Assembly: GCA_018400715.1 (NCBI GenBank) | Contig: JAGYME010000001.1 | Span: 44,940-108,939 of the forward strand | Length of the DNA: 64,000 nt | Direction: 5' to 3' | From: Candidatus Bipolaricaulota bacterium | GTDB lineage: Bacteria > Bipolaricaulota > Bipolaricaulia > M55B111 | Shown here: piece by piece, positions 45,919 through 56,101 of the stretch | Layout of the letters: the number at the start of each line of letters is the position of its first letter | Numbering within the stretch: position 1 is the stretch's first letter | Notes under the pieces: model-generated | Seen by the model: the letters and a program-made list of their open reading frames with translations, nothing else | Database searches by the model: none | Told to the model about the DNA's origin: nothing | Position numbers and translations under genes: made by a program

Positions 45919-46719
45919 ATGACGGAGAGAGTGAGTCAATATTCGTATAACGGTATCGGTTTAACCGATAAAGTGATAATCGTTACTGGAGGGCCGACAG
46001 GAATAGGACGTGGAATTACCCTGGCTCTTGCCCACGAAGGGGGTATTCCTGTACCGACAAATCCCTATCGTGATGATGTGGAAGACGTCCTTAGGGTGCT
46101 GGGTGAAAAAGGAGTAACCGGAGTCCCGGAGGTAACGGTTGATGTGACTAGTTCTGAGTCGATCGAGAAACTGAGGGACGCGGTCATGGATGAGTACGGA
46201 AGGATAGACGGCTTGGTCAATTGTGCTGGTGTCCACCTAAAGAAGCCGACCGTGGATACGACGACTGATGAGTTCAACCGGGTTCTGGACGTGCACCTCG
46301 GAGGGACCTTTAGGACATGTAAGGTCGTCGGAGAGGCGATGATAGAACAGGGGTCCGGGAGCATCGTCAACATCGGGTCGATTACCTCGTTTATGGGGAT
46401 GTACCAGGTGTCAGCCTACGGGGCCGCAAAAGGTGGTGTGGTAACAATGACGAAGTCGCTTGCAGGGGAATGGGCCGAGTACGGGATAAACGTGAACGCG
46501 ATCGCTCCCGGATTCATACTGACCGACATGAACAGGACCCTGCTCGACGAGAACGAAGACAGGCTAAACATGATACTAAATAACACACCGATGGGTACAC
46601 TGGGTAACCCCGACGACGTGGCCGGGGCGGCGGTTTTCCTGTTGTCGGACGCGTCGAATTTTATCACCGGCACTTCTATATTAGTCGACGGAGGTTTTCT
46701 CAATTGTTCTTCGCGATAA
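45919..46719 (+). CDS. SDR-family oxidoreductase
   Basis: TGGPTGIGRG, NCAG, YxxxK motifs; GAGGAGGAG RBS. Confidence 0.8.
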   Translation: MTERVSQYSYNGIGLTDKVIIVTGGPTGIGRGITLALAHEGGIPVPTNPYRDDVEDVLRVLGEKGVTGVPEVTVDVTSSESIEKLRDAVMDEYGRIDGLVNCAGVHLKKPTVDTTTDEFNRVLDVHLGGTFRTCKVVGEAMIEQGSGSIVNIGSITSFMGMYQVSAYGAAKGGVVTMTKSLAGEWAEYGINVNAIAPGFILTDMNRTLLDENEDRLNMILNNTPMGTLGNPDDVAGAAVFLLSDASNFITGTSILVDGGFLNCSSR

Positions 46720-46735
46720 CTACAGGTAGTAACCG

Positions 46736-47767
46736 ATGAAGGTCGAGCAGTGGAAAAGCCTCTCACGGGCGGCAAGACACGAAAATGAATCACCGATCCT
46801 TGCCCTCATAGTTGATAGCCCGTGGATACCGGATTATTACGGGATAGATCACCTGGACTACTATGTATACCCGGAGATTTGGACGGAGTCGAATCTAGAG
46901 CTGTACGAGCGGTTTGAGGAGATAATCTTTGTGCCCGGCTTCTGGGTGGAATATGGGATGGCTGCCGAGCCGTCAGGTTTCGGTTCCAGGGTCACCTGGC
47001 CATCTGACAGCACGCCCGTACCACACGCGGTGGATGCGGACTTAGAAGTATTGATAGATAACGGACCCCCCAACCCGGAAAAGGACGGTCTAATGGCCTG
47101 GGTCCTTAAGCGCTACGAAGACCTGGAAGAGGAGTTAGCGGGGACTTCCCACCGGGTAAAGATGGTCGCGACCAGAGGTCCGCTGGCGATTGCCTCCTGG
47201 ATACGGGGCGTCGAGGGACTGCTGCTTGACATAAAGAAGACTCCGGATCAAGCCAAGGACCTAATTGAGATCACCACGCGCACGGCCATATCCAGGCTGG
47301 AGGCGCAGATAAACGTTCTCAGCGAGGTGGACGGGATCCTCCTCCTGGACGACATAGTGGGGTTCTTTTCACCTGAGGATTACCGGGAATTCTGTGAGCC
47401 GTATCTTCAGAGGATATTTACGCGTTTTGACGATAAACTGCGGATATATCACAACGACTCCGAGGTAGGAGGCATACTGGGCGAAATGGCTGAACTTGAC
47501 ATGGACGTATTTAACTTCTCTCACAAGCTTGATTTCAACGCGGTGAGAGAGGCCTCGTCCGGGCGCTGGGCGTTAATGGGGAATATTCCCCCCGTGGAAG
47601 TGCTGACCAGGGGGTCCCGTGAGGAAGTGATATCCGCGGTAGACGATCTACTGGAGAGTCTCCAGGATACGTCAGGCGTAATCCTCTCTGCCGGTGGTGG
47701 GGTTGCACCCGACACTCCGGTGGAGAACGTTGAAGCCATGCTGGAAGGGTTCAGGAAGTATGCATGA
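46736..47767 (+). CDS. uroporphyrinogen-decarboxylase (URO-D)/MtaA-like family protein, paralogue 1
   Basis: 343 aa TIM-barrel family protein with URO-D-like length and composition; tandem with two paralogues. Confidence 0.65.
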   Translation: MKVEQWKSLSRAARHENESPILALIVDSPWIPDYYGIDHLDYYVYPEIWTESNLELYERFEEIIFVPGFWVEYGMAAEPSGFGSRVTWPSDSTPVPHAVDADLEVLIDNGPPNPEKDGLMAWVLKRYEDLEEELAGTSHRVKMVATRGPLAIASWIRGVEGLLLDIKKTPDQAKDLIEITTRTAISRLEAQINVLSEVDGILLLDDIVGFFSPEDYREFCEPYLQRIFTRFDDKLRIYHNDSEVGGILGEMAELDMDVFNFSHKLDFNAVREASSGRWALMGNIPPVEVLTRGSREEVISAVDDLLESLQDTSGVILSAGGGVAPDTPVENVEAMLEGFRKYA

Positions 47768-47798
47768 ACCTATTTTGACCTATTGACAGAGGAGAACG

Positions 47799-48950
47799 AT
47801 GAACTCCAGACAGAGAGTGCTAACTGCAATTAATCACAGAGAGCCGGACAGGGTCCCCTTCGACTTTGGAGCGGCCAGTACGTCGGGAATAATCAGGGAC
47901 GCATATCAACAGCTCGCCGACCACCTTAATTACGGGCGAGAAGATATTGAACTTATCGATAAAAAGTATCAGACCGTCCAGCTCGATTACAGCTTTTCTC
48001 AGTTGGCCGGGTCCGACGCGTTTGGTCTGTACCCGTCGTATACCGACGACTGGCAGATTTCGGTGGAAGAGAATGAGCAGGGCGGTACCTTCTTAATCGA
48101 TGAGTGGGGAATCAGGTACAAGAAGATGAAGGACGGTTCGTTTATCAACTATCGAGGACCGCTTGAGGATACCTGGCTTGACGATGGTATAGAGACTCTC
48201 AAATGGCCGGAGCCCGTCGATCCCAGGCGTTTAACGCGGGTCCACGAAAGGTTGGAAGGTCTCCCCGAGGATGAAGGCACGACGAAGGTGATGAACTTCT
48301 TTACGCAGGGACTTTTTGAACTCTCCACCTGGCTTGTCGGCTACGAGGAGTTTCTCACGGGGCTCATCCGTCAGCCCGAGAAAGCCTGCTCGTTGCTGGA
48401 CCGGCTGGTGGAGATCAAGAAAGTTTTCTGGGGATGGGCCCTTGATGAGCTTGGCGGCTCCATCGACGTGATAAAACAGAACGATGACCTCGGAGAAAAG
48501 CAGAAACCGTTGATCTCACCCGACCTCTATAGAAAGTATCTCAAGCCGAGACATAAGGAACTTCATCGGTTCATAAAGAAGCACGCTGAAGGGGATGTAT
48601 ACATCCTGTTTCATTCGGACGGCTCGATTCTGGATTTGATAGAGGATTTCATCGAGACCGGGGTAGACATACTCAACCCCATTCAGTTGAGTGCGAACAA
48701 GATGGACCCTAAGGTGTTGAAGAAGAGGTTTGGCGACTCCGTCGTTTTCTGGGGCGGGGGGATAGACGTTTCAACAGAACTTCCCGCAAAGACTCCGTCC
48801 GAGATCAAGGATATCATCAAGAGACGGCTAGATATCTTTGCTCCTGATGGTGGTTTCGTTTTCGCCCCGACCCAGTCGATTCAAAGCGACGTACCTCCCG
48901 AGAACGTTGTAGCGACCTGGGAAGCGGTAAAGGAATATGGCAAATATTAG
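47799..48950 (+). CDS. URO-D/MtaA-like family protein, paralogue 2
   Basis: 383 aa; ...FWGGGIDVSTELP... block shared with paralogue 3 (FWGGGCDTQGTLP). Confidence 0.65.
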   Translation: MNSRQRVLTAINHREPDRVPFDFGAASTSGIIRDAYQQLADHLNYGREDIELIDKKYQTVQLDYSFSQLAGSDAFGLYPSYTDDWQISVEENEQGGTFLIDEWGIRYKKMKDGSFINYRGPLEDTWLDDGIETLKWPEPVDPRRLTRVHERLEGLPEDEGTTKVMNFFTQGLFELSTWLVGYEEFLTGLIRQPEKACSLLDRLVEIKKVFWGWALDELGGSIDVIKQNDDLGEKQKPLISPDLYRKYLKPRHKELHRFIKKHAEGDVYILFHSDGSILDLIEDFIETGVDILNPIQLSANKMDPKVLKKRFGDSVVFWGGGIDVSTELPAKTPSEIKDIIKRRLDIFAPDGGFVFAPTQSIQSDVPPENVVATWEAVKEYGKY

Positions 48951-48974
48951 AACCTTGGAGGATAGATTTCGTTC

Positions 48975-50105
48975 ATGAATTCAAGAGAAAAGACTCGCGC
49001 TACACTTAACCACGAAAAGACCGACTGCTTCCCGATTGACCTGGGAAGCATAGCCACTACGTTCGAACTGGATGCATACTTTGACCTGCTGGAATATTTG
49101 GAACCGGAAGACTGCAGAGTAAAAATATTTAGGTCCGACCATGTCGACCTAAACCCCTGCGAATATCTGCTGGAGAGGTTTCACGTAGACACGAGATACG
49201 TCCACTTTAAACGCCCTCAGGACCCTCTTGAAGGAAACACTTTCGTTGACGAATGGGGGATAACCTGGACGAAGACTGGATTTTATTTCGACGCAAAGAA
49301 ACCCACCTTCGATGCTCCCGACCTTCATCTCCTGGAGGAGTTCGACTGGCCACACGACATGTGCAGGGACAACGTGGATTACTGGACGGACCGCGCCAAA
49401 GACCTTTACGAAAATACGGATAAGGCGGTAGTGGCAAACGCGATCGGCCTTGGAATTTTTGAGCAGGCGACCTGGATGAGGGGAATAGAGGAGTTCTACA
49501 AGGACCTGTACATCAATGAGAGGTTCGCTGAAAAACTTTTGGAAAAGGTGCTGGAGACTCACATGGAGGTATTCGATCGGTTCCTCGGGGCGGTCGGTAA
49601 ATACGTGGACGCCGTGTGGGTCCTTGATGATCTCGGACACCAGGAGGGCTTGATCGTCTCCCCGGAAAAATACAGGAGGTTGATAAAGCCGAGGCAGAAG
49701 AGGCTATTTGACTTCATTAAAGAACGGGTCGACGCTAGTTTGATCCTGCATTCGGACGGAGCGATAAGGCCGGTGATCGAGGATTTAATTGATATCGGTG
49801 TCGATGCGTTAAACCCGGTCCAGTTCACGGCTAAAGGGATGGACATAAGGGAACTTAAACGGGAATACGGTAACCGTCTTGTCTTCTGGGGAGGGGGTTG
49901 TGACACGCAGGGAACGCTGCCCTTTGGGGGTGAACAGGAGATAAGAAAAGAGGTTAGAGAACAGGTAAAAATGCTTAACGACGGGGGAGGTTTCGTCTTT
50001 GCCCCCGTCCACAACGTTCAGCCGAACACGCCCGCCGCCAACGTCGTCGCGATGATGGAAGAGGCTGTTAAGTGTAGCGAAGAAGGTTCGGGTATGGAAA
50101 TCTAA
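48975..50105 (+). CDS. URO-D/MtaA-like family protein, paralogue 3
   Basis: 376 aa; clear paralogy with 47799..48950 (LNPIQLSA / LNPVQFTA, DGGFVFAP blocks). Confidence 0.65.
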   Translation: MNSREKTRATLNHEKTDCFPIDLGSIATTFELDAYFDLLEYLEPEDCRVKIFRSDHVDLNPCEYLLERFHVDTRYVHFKRPQDPLEGNTFVDEWGITWTKTGFYFDAKKPTFDAPDLHLLEEFDWPHDMCRDNVDYWTDRAKDLYENTDKAVVANAIGLGIFEQATWMRGIEEFYKDLYINERFAEKLLEKVLETHMEVFDRFLGAVGKYVDAVWVLDDLGHQEGLIVSPEKYRRLIKPRQKRLFDFIKERVDASLILHSDGAIRPVIEDLIDIGVDALNPVQFTAKGMDIRELKREYGNRLVFWGGGCDTQGTLPFGGEQEIRKEVREQVKMLNDGGGFVFAPVHNVQPNTPAANVVAMMEEAVKCSEEGSGMEI

Positions 50106-50163
50106 CCGTGTAGGTGGTCATAATTGTTGAGAGGAGATAGAGAGACATGGAGGAATTATCCAT

Positions 50164-50991
50164 ATGAGCGAGAGGATTAATAGTTACGATTTGACGGACA
50201 GAGTTGTCGTAATTACTGGCGGTGCTGGAGTGCTGTGTTCTAAAATAACGAAGGAGCTGGGGAATTCTGGAGCAAGGGTAGCGGCCCTCGATATTGACCG
50301 GGATGGTCTAGACGAGTTAAGTGGCGAGTTAACACAGGCAAGTGTTAAGCACCTGGCGCTCGAGACCGACGTGCTCGACAGAAAAAGTCTGACAGATGCC
50401 GCGGACGTCGTAAAGCAGAGGTTTGGTAAGGTCGACGTCTTAATCAACGGAGCGGGTGGAAACAGCCCGGAGGCCACGACGGGACCGGAGCAGTCGTTTT
50501 TTGACCTCCCCGCGGAGGGCGTGCAGAAGGTCTTCAACCTCAACTTCCTCGGTACCTTCCTCGCCTCACAGGTATTCGGCGAAGTTTTTGCCGAGCAGGG
50601 AGAGGGCGTGATCCTGAACGTCTCGTCGATGAACGCATTCACTCCGCTGACAAAGATCCCTGCGTACTCGGCTGCGAAGGCCGCCGTGAGCAACTTCACC
50701 AGGTGGCTCGCCGTCCACATGTCGCAGAACTATTCCACAGACATCCGGGTAAACGCCATCGCCCCTGGATTTCTCCTCACAGAGCAGAACAGGTACCTGC
50801 TCCTCGATGAGGAGACGGGTGAATTAACCCCCAGGGGAAAGACGATCATCGAGCATACACCGATGGACAGGTTCGGGGACCCGAAAGATCTGGTCTCAAC
50901 GGTCCTCTGGCTGATCGCGCCCGGTTCGGAGTTCGTCCACGGCACGGTTATACCCATTGACGGCGGATTCTCTGCGTTTAGTGGCGTATAG
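50164..50991 (+). CDS. SDR-family oxidoreductase (mannonate/polyol oxidoreductase-like)
   Basis: ITGGAGVLC, NGAG, S...YSAAK motifs. Confidence 0.8.
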   Translation: MSERINSYDLTDRVVVITGGAGVLCSKITKELGNSGARVAALDIDRDGLDELSGELTQASVKHLALETDVLDRKSLTDAADVVKQRFGKVDVLINGAGGNSPEATTGPEQSFFDLPAEGVQKVFNLNFLGTFLASQVFGEVFAEQGEGVILNVSSMNAFTPLTKIPAYSAAKAAVSNFTRWLAVHMSQNYSTDIRVNAIAPGFLLTEQNRYLLLDEETGELTPRGKTIIEHTPMDRFGDPKDLVSTVLWLIAPGSEFVHGTVIPIDGGFSAFSGV

Positions 50992-51004
50992 ACCTGGAGG
51001 TAAT

Positions 51005-52408
51005 ATGAAACGCAATAACGACATCGGGCTGATAGGCATGGCCGTCATGGGCCAGAACCTGGCGTTGAACTTGGAAGCGAAAGGTTACAGCGTCTCGGTA
51101 TACAACCGGACTTCCTCGAGAACGGAGGAGTTCGTGGAGTCACTCGAGGAAGTCCGGGAGATCAACCCTACCTATTCGATCGAGGAGCTAGTCGCGTCGC
51201 TGGCGAGACCCCGCAAGGTAATGATGATGGTCAAGGCTGGTGACCCCGTGGACGCCGTAATAGATGATTTACTTCCCCACCTGGACCCCGGTGACGTCGT
51301 CATCGACGGGGGAAACTCTCACTTTCCTGACACAGACAGGAGGTTATCTGACCTTGAAGATAAGGGGATAAATTATCTGGGGACGGGGGTAAGCGGCGGC
51401 GAATACGGGGCCCTGCACGGCCCCTCGATCATGCCCGGTGGCCACCGCAAGGCCTATGACGAGGTCGGAGGGCTGCTAGAGGACGCCGCGGCGGAGACGG
51501 AGCTCGGCCCCTGCTGTACATACCTCGGCCCGGGTTCCGCCGGCCACTACGTAAAGATGGTCCACAACGGGATCGAGTACGGCGTGATGGAGGCCATTGC
51601 CGAAGCGTACTGGTTTATGCGCGAACTCCTCGAGATGGGTCCTGAAGAGATGGCAGGCGCCTTTGCGGACTGGAACGAGGGCCTAAATTCTTACCTGATG
51701 GAGATAACCGTCGACATCCTCTGTAAAGACGACGAGGAGACCGGTAAACCTCTGATAGATATGATCCTGGACAAGGCGAAACAGAAGGGGACCGGCAAGT
51801 GGAGCGTCCAGTCCTCACTCGACCTTGGAATCCCGATCCCGACGATCACGGCTGGCGTGCAGGGCCGAATCCTCTCCGCCCATAAACGGGAGCGCGAAAA
51901 ACTTGCCGATAGAATCGATTGGAAACTATCCCGGCCGAAAGCTTTTGACCTGGAGTTACTTGGACGAAGCCTTGATCTCGTCACAATCTCTGCCTATGCG
52001 CAGGGAATGAAGCTCCTCTCTGAGGCCTCTGAAGAATTCGATTACGGTCTGGAGTTGGACGAGGTCGCCAGGATATGGATGGACGGGTGTATTATCAGGT
52101 CCCACCTCCTTAAGGAAATAAGGAGGGCTTACTCCGAAGAAGCCGCCCAGGACAATTTGTTTCTGGATGAATCATTTGAAGGGGACCTCAAGAAGGAGAT
52201 TAGGCCGTTGAGGAAGACCGTCCGCGAAGCGAAGAAATGGGGACTTCCCTTCGTCGCCTTCAACAGCACCCTCGACTACCTGGATTCAATGGTCTCGGAG
52301 AAGCTTCCCGCGAACATGATTCAGGCACAGCGAGACTACTTTGGCGCGCACACCTACGAGAGGGTAGACAGGAATGGCCGATTTCACACGGACTGGCTGG
52401 ACGGGTGA
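51005..52408 (+). CDS. gnd: 6-phosphogluconate dehydrogenase (decarboxylating)
   Basis: IGLIGMAVMGQNLALN NADP fold, GxSGGE, HNGIEYG motifs; GGAGGT RBS at the ATG at 51005. Confidence 0.9.
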   Translation: MKRNNDIGLIGMAVMGQNLALNLEAKGYSVSVYNRTSSRTEEFVESLEEVREINPTYSIEELVASLARPRKVMMMVKAGDPVDAVIDDLLPHLDPGDVVIDGGNSHFPDTDRRLSDLEDKGINYLGTGVSGGEYGALHGPSIMPGGHRKAYDEVGGLLEDAAAETELGPCCTYLGPGSAGHYVKMVHNGIEYGVMEAIAEAYWFMRELLEMGPEEMAGAFADWNEGLNSYLMEITVDILCKDDEETGKPLIDMILDKAKQKGTGKWSVQSSLDLGIPIPTITAGVQGRILSAHKREREKLADRIDWKLSRPKAFDLELLGRSLDLVTISAYAQGMKLLSEASEEFDYGLELDEVARIWMDGCIIRSHLLKEIRRAYSEEAAQDNLFLDESFEGDLKKEIRPLRKTVREAKKWGLPFVAFNSTLDYLDSMVSEKLPANMIQAQRDYFGAHTYERVDRNGRFHTDWLDG

Positions 52409-52459
52409 AGGGTATGAGAGAATTTATGCTTCTCAATCACCTACGAGGTGAAGGTCTTT

Positions 52460-53488
52460 ATGTCTACCGATGACGGCAACGCGAGGATCACGGTTGTAAA
52501 CTCCAGCAGCTTCGGGGTGCATTTCCCCTACTGCCTCGACGAGCTGGAGTCGATCGGGGAGGTAAACAGAATAAACGTGCCCCCGGGAATATCCGGCGAA
52601 AGACTCGCCCGCAAGCTCCAGGGGGCGGAATACGTGATCGCCAGCGTGACCCCAGACTTTCCCAGGTCTTTCTTCGAACGGATCGACGACCTCAAGCTGA
52701 TCGCAAGGCATGGAATTGGCTGCGACAACGTCGACCTCGACGCCGCCACGGAGGCAGGCGTTCTGGTTACCAGGGTGTCCGGAGACAGCGAAAGGGACGC
52801 GGTGGCAGAGCTGGCGGTAGCACTGATGACAAGCTGCGTCAGGGACGTCGTCCCCGCGGGGAAGGCTGTCGAGTACGGCCGCTGGGAGAAGAGGTCGGAG
52901 TTCGTCGGACTGGAGATATCCGGCAGCACGGTTGGAGTCGTGGGGTATGGCAACATCGGCAGCCGCGTAGGAGAAATAGCGAAGTGGGGGTTTGGAGCGG
53001 AGGTCTTAGCCTACGACCCGAATATTGCGGACCCCGTAATCCAAAATTGTGGCGTCGAACCCGTGTCATTTGTTGAGGTCCTCTCCAGATCGGACATCAT
53101 CTCGTTTAACGCCTCGCACAACCGGGATAATTACCACTTCATCGGAAAAGAGGAGTTCGGGATGATGAAGGATGGGGTGGTAATCGTCAATACCGCCCGC
53201 GGAGAATTGATCGAAGAGGACCCATTTGCGGAAGCGCTTAAGTCGGGCAAGGTGCGAGCTGCCGGGATAGACGTGATGGAAGAGGAACCGTTGAACGAGG
53301 AGAGTCCCCTGGTCGGCCTGGACAATTTGATTATCCTTCCGCACGTCGGCAGTTACACGGAGAGGTCGCTACGTGAGATGGACGAGAAGATGGTTGAGGA
53401 CGTTAAGCGGGTCAGGGAAGGGCTGAGGCCGGACGAGGTCGTCAACGGTAAGGTATTGAATAGGTCCAACAGGGCGGGAATAGAATGA
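52460..53488 (+). CDS. D-isomer-specific 2-hydroxyacid dehydrogenase (PGDH/glyoxylate-reductase-like)
   Basis: GVVGYGNIGSRVG Rossmann motif and catalytic R/E/H context. Confidence 0.8.
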   Translation: MSTDDGNARITVVNSSSFGVHFPYCLDELESIGEVNRINVPPGISGERLARKLQGAEYVIASVTPDFPRSFFERIDDLKLIARHGIGCDNVDLDAATEAGVLVTRVSGDSERDAVAELAVALMTSCVRDVVPAGKAVEYGRWEKRSEFVGLEISGSTVGVVGYGNIGSRVGEIAKWGFGAEVLAYDPNIADPVIQNCGVEPVSFVEVLSRSDIISFNASHNRDNYHFIGKEEFGMMKDGVVIVNTARGELIEEDPFAEALKSGKVRAAGIDVMEEEPLNEESPLVGLDNLIILPHVGSYTERSLREMDEKMVEDVKRVREGLRPDEVVNGKVLNRSNRAGIE

Positions 53489-54987
53489 GTTCTGTAGTGG
53501 TGGTCGACGTCGGCACGAGTAACGTCAAGGTGGGAGTGGTGAACCAGAAGGGAGAACTGCTGGCTCACGGCAGCAGGGAGCTGCCCGTAGAGCGCCCGGA
53601 GAAGGGAGCGGCCGAACACGACCCCGAAACCATGTTCGAGGGGCTCCTGTCGCTCCTGAAAGAGATAATAGGGGAGAGCAGGAAAGCGGTGGAGGGTTTA
53701 GTACTATCTGGTTATCACGGTGGTTTTCTCCCCCTTGATTCCGAGATGGTGCCGCTCACCGGGTTGATCACCCTCCTTGATACGCGGACGAAGGTCGTCA
53801 TGGACGAATTCGAGCGGGAGTTTCCTATGGAGGAGATATACAGAAAGACGGGCTGTCCTTCGCTCTTCATCTACTCCCTGCCCAGGATTTACTGGCTGCG
53901 GCGGGAAAAGCCGGAGCTGTTTGGAAAAAGCGCCTACTTCAGTGACGTCAAGGGCTACCTGCTCTACCGCCTCGCCGGTAGCTTCTGCACGGAGCCGAGC
54001 GTGGCATCCGCGACCCAGCTATTGAATATAAGGGAGAACGACTGGGACGAAGCCGTCCTGGAAATGGTCGGAATTGATAAAGGGGCTCTTCCCGAGGTCG
54101 TCGACGGAGACAGCGTAGTAGGAGAAGTTAGTCCGGAGTTGGCAAGCGCAACTGGCATGTCTGAGGGGACTCCGGTAATTTCCGGGGTCTACGACGGCGG
54201 TTCGATGATACTCGGAATGGGAGGGTTCTCCGGCGACGTGGGGATATGCAATATCGGAACGACCGCTATGATCAGGACGTCGGCCTCGGAGCCGGTGCTC
54301 GACTCAGACCGGCCCCCCAGACTGCAGACCTACTCCCTCTTACCGGGGAAATGGGCAATAGGCGGGGCCGTAAACAACGCGGGAGTCTCGCTGAAGTGGT
54401 TCCGCGACACACTTTCCATCGACGACGGCTACAAGAGCATAATTGACCGCGCTGAGACCGTGGGGCCTGGCGCCGACGGCGTTTTCTGTCTACCGTTTTT
54501 GACGGGCGAAAGGGACCCACGGGTGGGCAACATGGCGTCCGGCGTATTCTTTGGAATCAAGGATTATCATTCATCGGGTCATCTGAGCAGGTCTATACTG
54601 GAGGGAGTCGCATACAGCCTGCGCATGGTGCTGGAGTCCCTCCGGGATAACGGAATTGACGTCGATTCACTCCGGATCGGCGGTTCCGGGGCCAAGTCTG
54701 ACCTCTGGCCTTCCATCGTTGCCGACGTCTTGAACGTACCAGTAACGAAGTCAATGACTCCGGACGCCACCCTTATAGGTAGCGCGATGGTCGCCTTCAC
54801 CCGACTTGGTGAGTTTTCTTCGCTCGACGAGGCAACCGATAGTATGGTAAGGACGGGTGACGTCTTCACCCCTGAGCATGCTAGACGGAAACGCTACGAG
54901 GAGGCCTACGACTTCTTCGTCGAGTTGATATCGACCATCAGGAACCTCTATCCCACCCACGCGGCGAAGTTTTTGGGAACAGAGTGA
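53485..54987 (+). CDS. FGGY-family carbohydrate kinase
   Basis: VVVDVGTSNVKVGVV N-terminus; 500 aa; 4-nt overlap with the upstream gene. Confidence 0.85.
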   Translation: MSSVVVVDVGTSNVKVGVVNQKGELLAHGSRELPVERPEKGAAEHDPETMFEGLLSLLKEIIGESRKAVEGLVLSGYHGGFLPLDSEMVPLTGLITLLDTRTKVVMDEFEREFPMEEIYRKTGCPSLFIYSLPRIYWLRREKPELFGKSAYFSDVKGYLLYRLAGSFCTEPSVASATQLLNIRENDWDEAVLEMVGIDKGALPEVVDGDSVVGEVSPELASATGMSEGTPVISGVYDGGSMILGMGGFSGDVGICNIGTTAMIRTSASEPVLDSDRPPRLQTYSLLPGKWAIGGAVNNAGVSLKWFRDTLSIDDGYKSIIDRAETVGPGADGVFCLPFLTGERDPRVGNMASGVFFGIKDYHSSGHLSRSILEGVAYSLRMVLESLRDNGIDVDSLRIGGSGAKSDLWPSIVADVLNVPVTKSMTPDATLIGSAMVAFTRLGEFSSLDEATDSMVRTGDVFTPEHARRKRYEEAYDFFVELISTIRNLYPTHAAKFLGTE

Positions 54988-55171
54988 ACTATTTGTAATT
55001 TATCCCCTGGAAACCTGCGACGTTCATTTCTCAAAGTAGATAAACCATGATTCATAGTCATATCCAGCCCTTGTACGTCGGACCAAATGATTTTATACTA
55101 GGTGGAAGAACGGGTGGACGGCGACTACCACGGTTAACATAAAGAAGACTGGAGGTAAACAGCTGATAGAC

Positions 55172-56092
55172 ATGGGGAATAACAATACTCTCCCGGGTTC
55201 AATTGGAAATACCCCTCTCATTAGACTGAAGAGCATAGAGGGTGATAACGGGGGAAAGATCTACGGCAAGTACGAGGGGGGAAACCCCGGTGGGTCGGTC
55301 AAGGACAGGCCAGCCTACTACATGATAGCTAAGGCGGAAGAGTCAGGCAAACTGACCCCGGACAAGGAAATCATCGAACCGACTTCCGGCAACACCGGCA
55401 TCGGTCTCGCCATGATCGGGACCGCCAAGGGTTACCGGGTTACGCTGGTCATGCCCGAGTGTGCCAGCCTGGAGAGAAGGCGGATCCTGGAGGCGTTTGG
55501 GGCAAACCTCGTTTTGACCCCTGGCGAGAAGAAGACGGACGGGGCTATAGAGGAAGCTCTCAGGCGCGTGGAGGAGGACCCGGGCAGGTACTTCATGCCC
55601 AATCAGTTCGTCAACGGAGCCAACCCCCTGGCGCATTACGAGACGACCGGTCCGGAAATTCTTGACCAGACGGACGGTGAAATAGACGTGCTCGTGGCGG
55701 GGCTGGGAACGTCGGGAACGATCATGGGGCTGGCCAGGTATTTTAAAGAACATAAACCAACCGTTACCATCACGGCCGTCGAACCACAGGTGGGCCACGG
55801 GGTTCAGGGATTAAAGAACATGGAGGAGGCGATCACCCCTGAAATATATGACCCCGAGATGCTTGATGACAAGATCACGGTCGCCGACGAGGACGCCTTC
55901 GAGATGGCCCGAAGGATTGCCAGCCAGGAGGGTTTGCTCGTGGGGGCCTCCAGCGGAGCTGCCGTCGCCGGAGCCGTCCGGGTGCTGGAGGAAATGGACT
56001 CCCCAACAGTAGTCGCTATCCTCCCGGACAGGGGCGACCGCTACCTGAGCACCAACCTGTTCAAGTCCGTCTGCACCGAGTGTCCTCCATAA
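55172..56092 (+). CDS. cysK: cysteine synthase / O-acetylserine sulfhydrylase (PLP fold type II)
   Basis: GNTPLIRL...GGSVKDRPA (PLP lysine)...GNTGIGLA...GTSGT motifs. Confidence 0.8.
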   Translation: MGNNNTLPGSIGNTPLIRLKSIEGDNGGKIYGKYEGGNPGGSVKDRPAYYMIAKAEESGKLTPDKEIIEPTSGNTGIGLAMIGTAKGYRVTLVMPECASLERRRILEAFGANLVLTPGEKKTDGAIEEALRRVEEDPGRYFMPNQFVNGANPLAHYETTGPEILDQTDGEIDVLVAGLGTSGTIMGLARYFKEHKPTVTITAVEPQVGHGVQGLKNMEEAITPEIYDPEMLDDKITVADEDAFEMARRIASQEGLLVGASSGAAVAGAVRVLEEMDSPTVVAILPDRGDRYLSTNLFKSVCTECPP

Positions 56093-56101
56093 CCTCAATT
56101 A

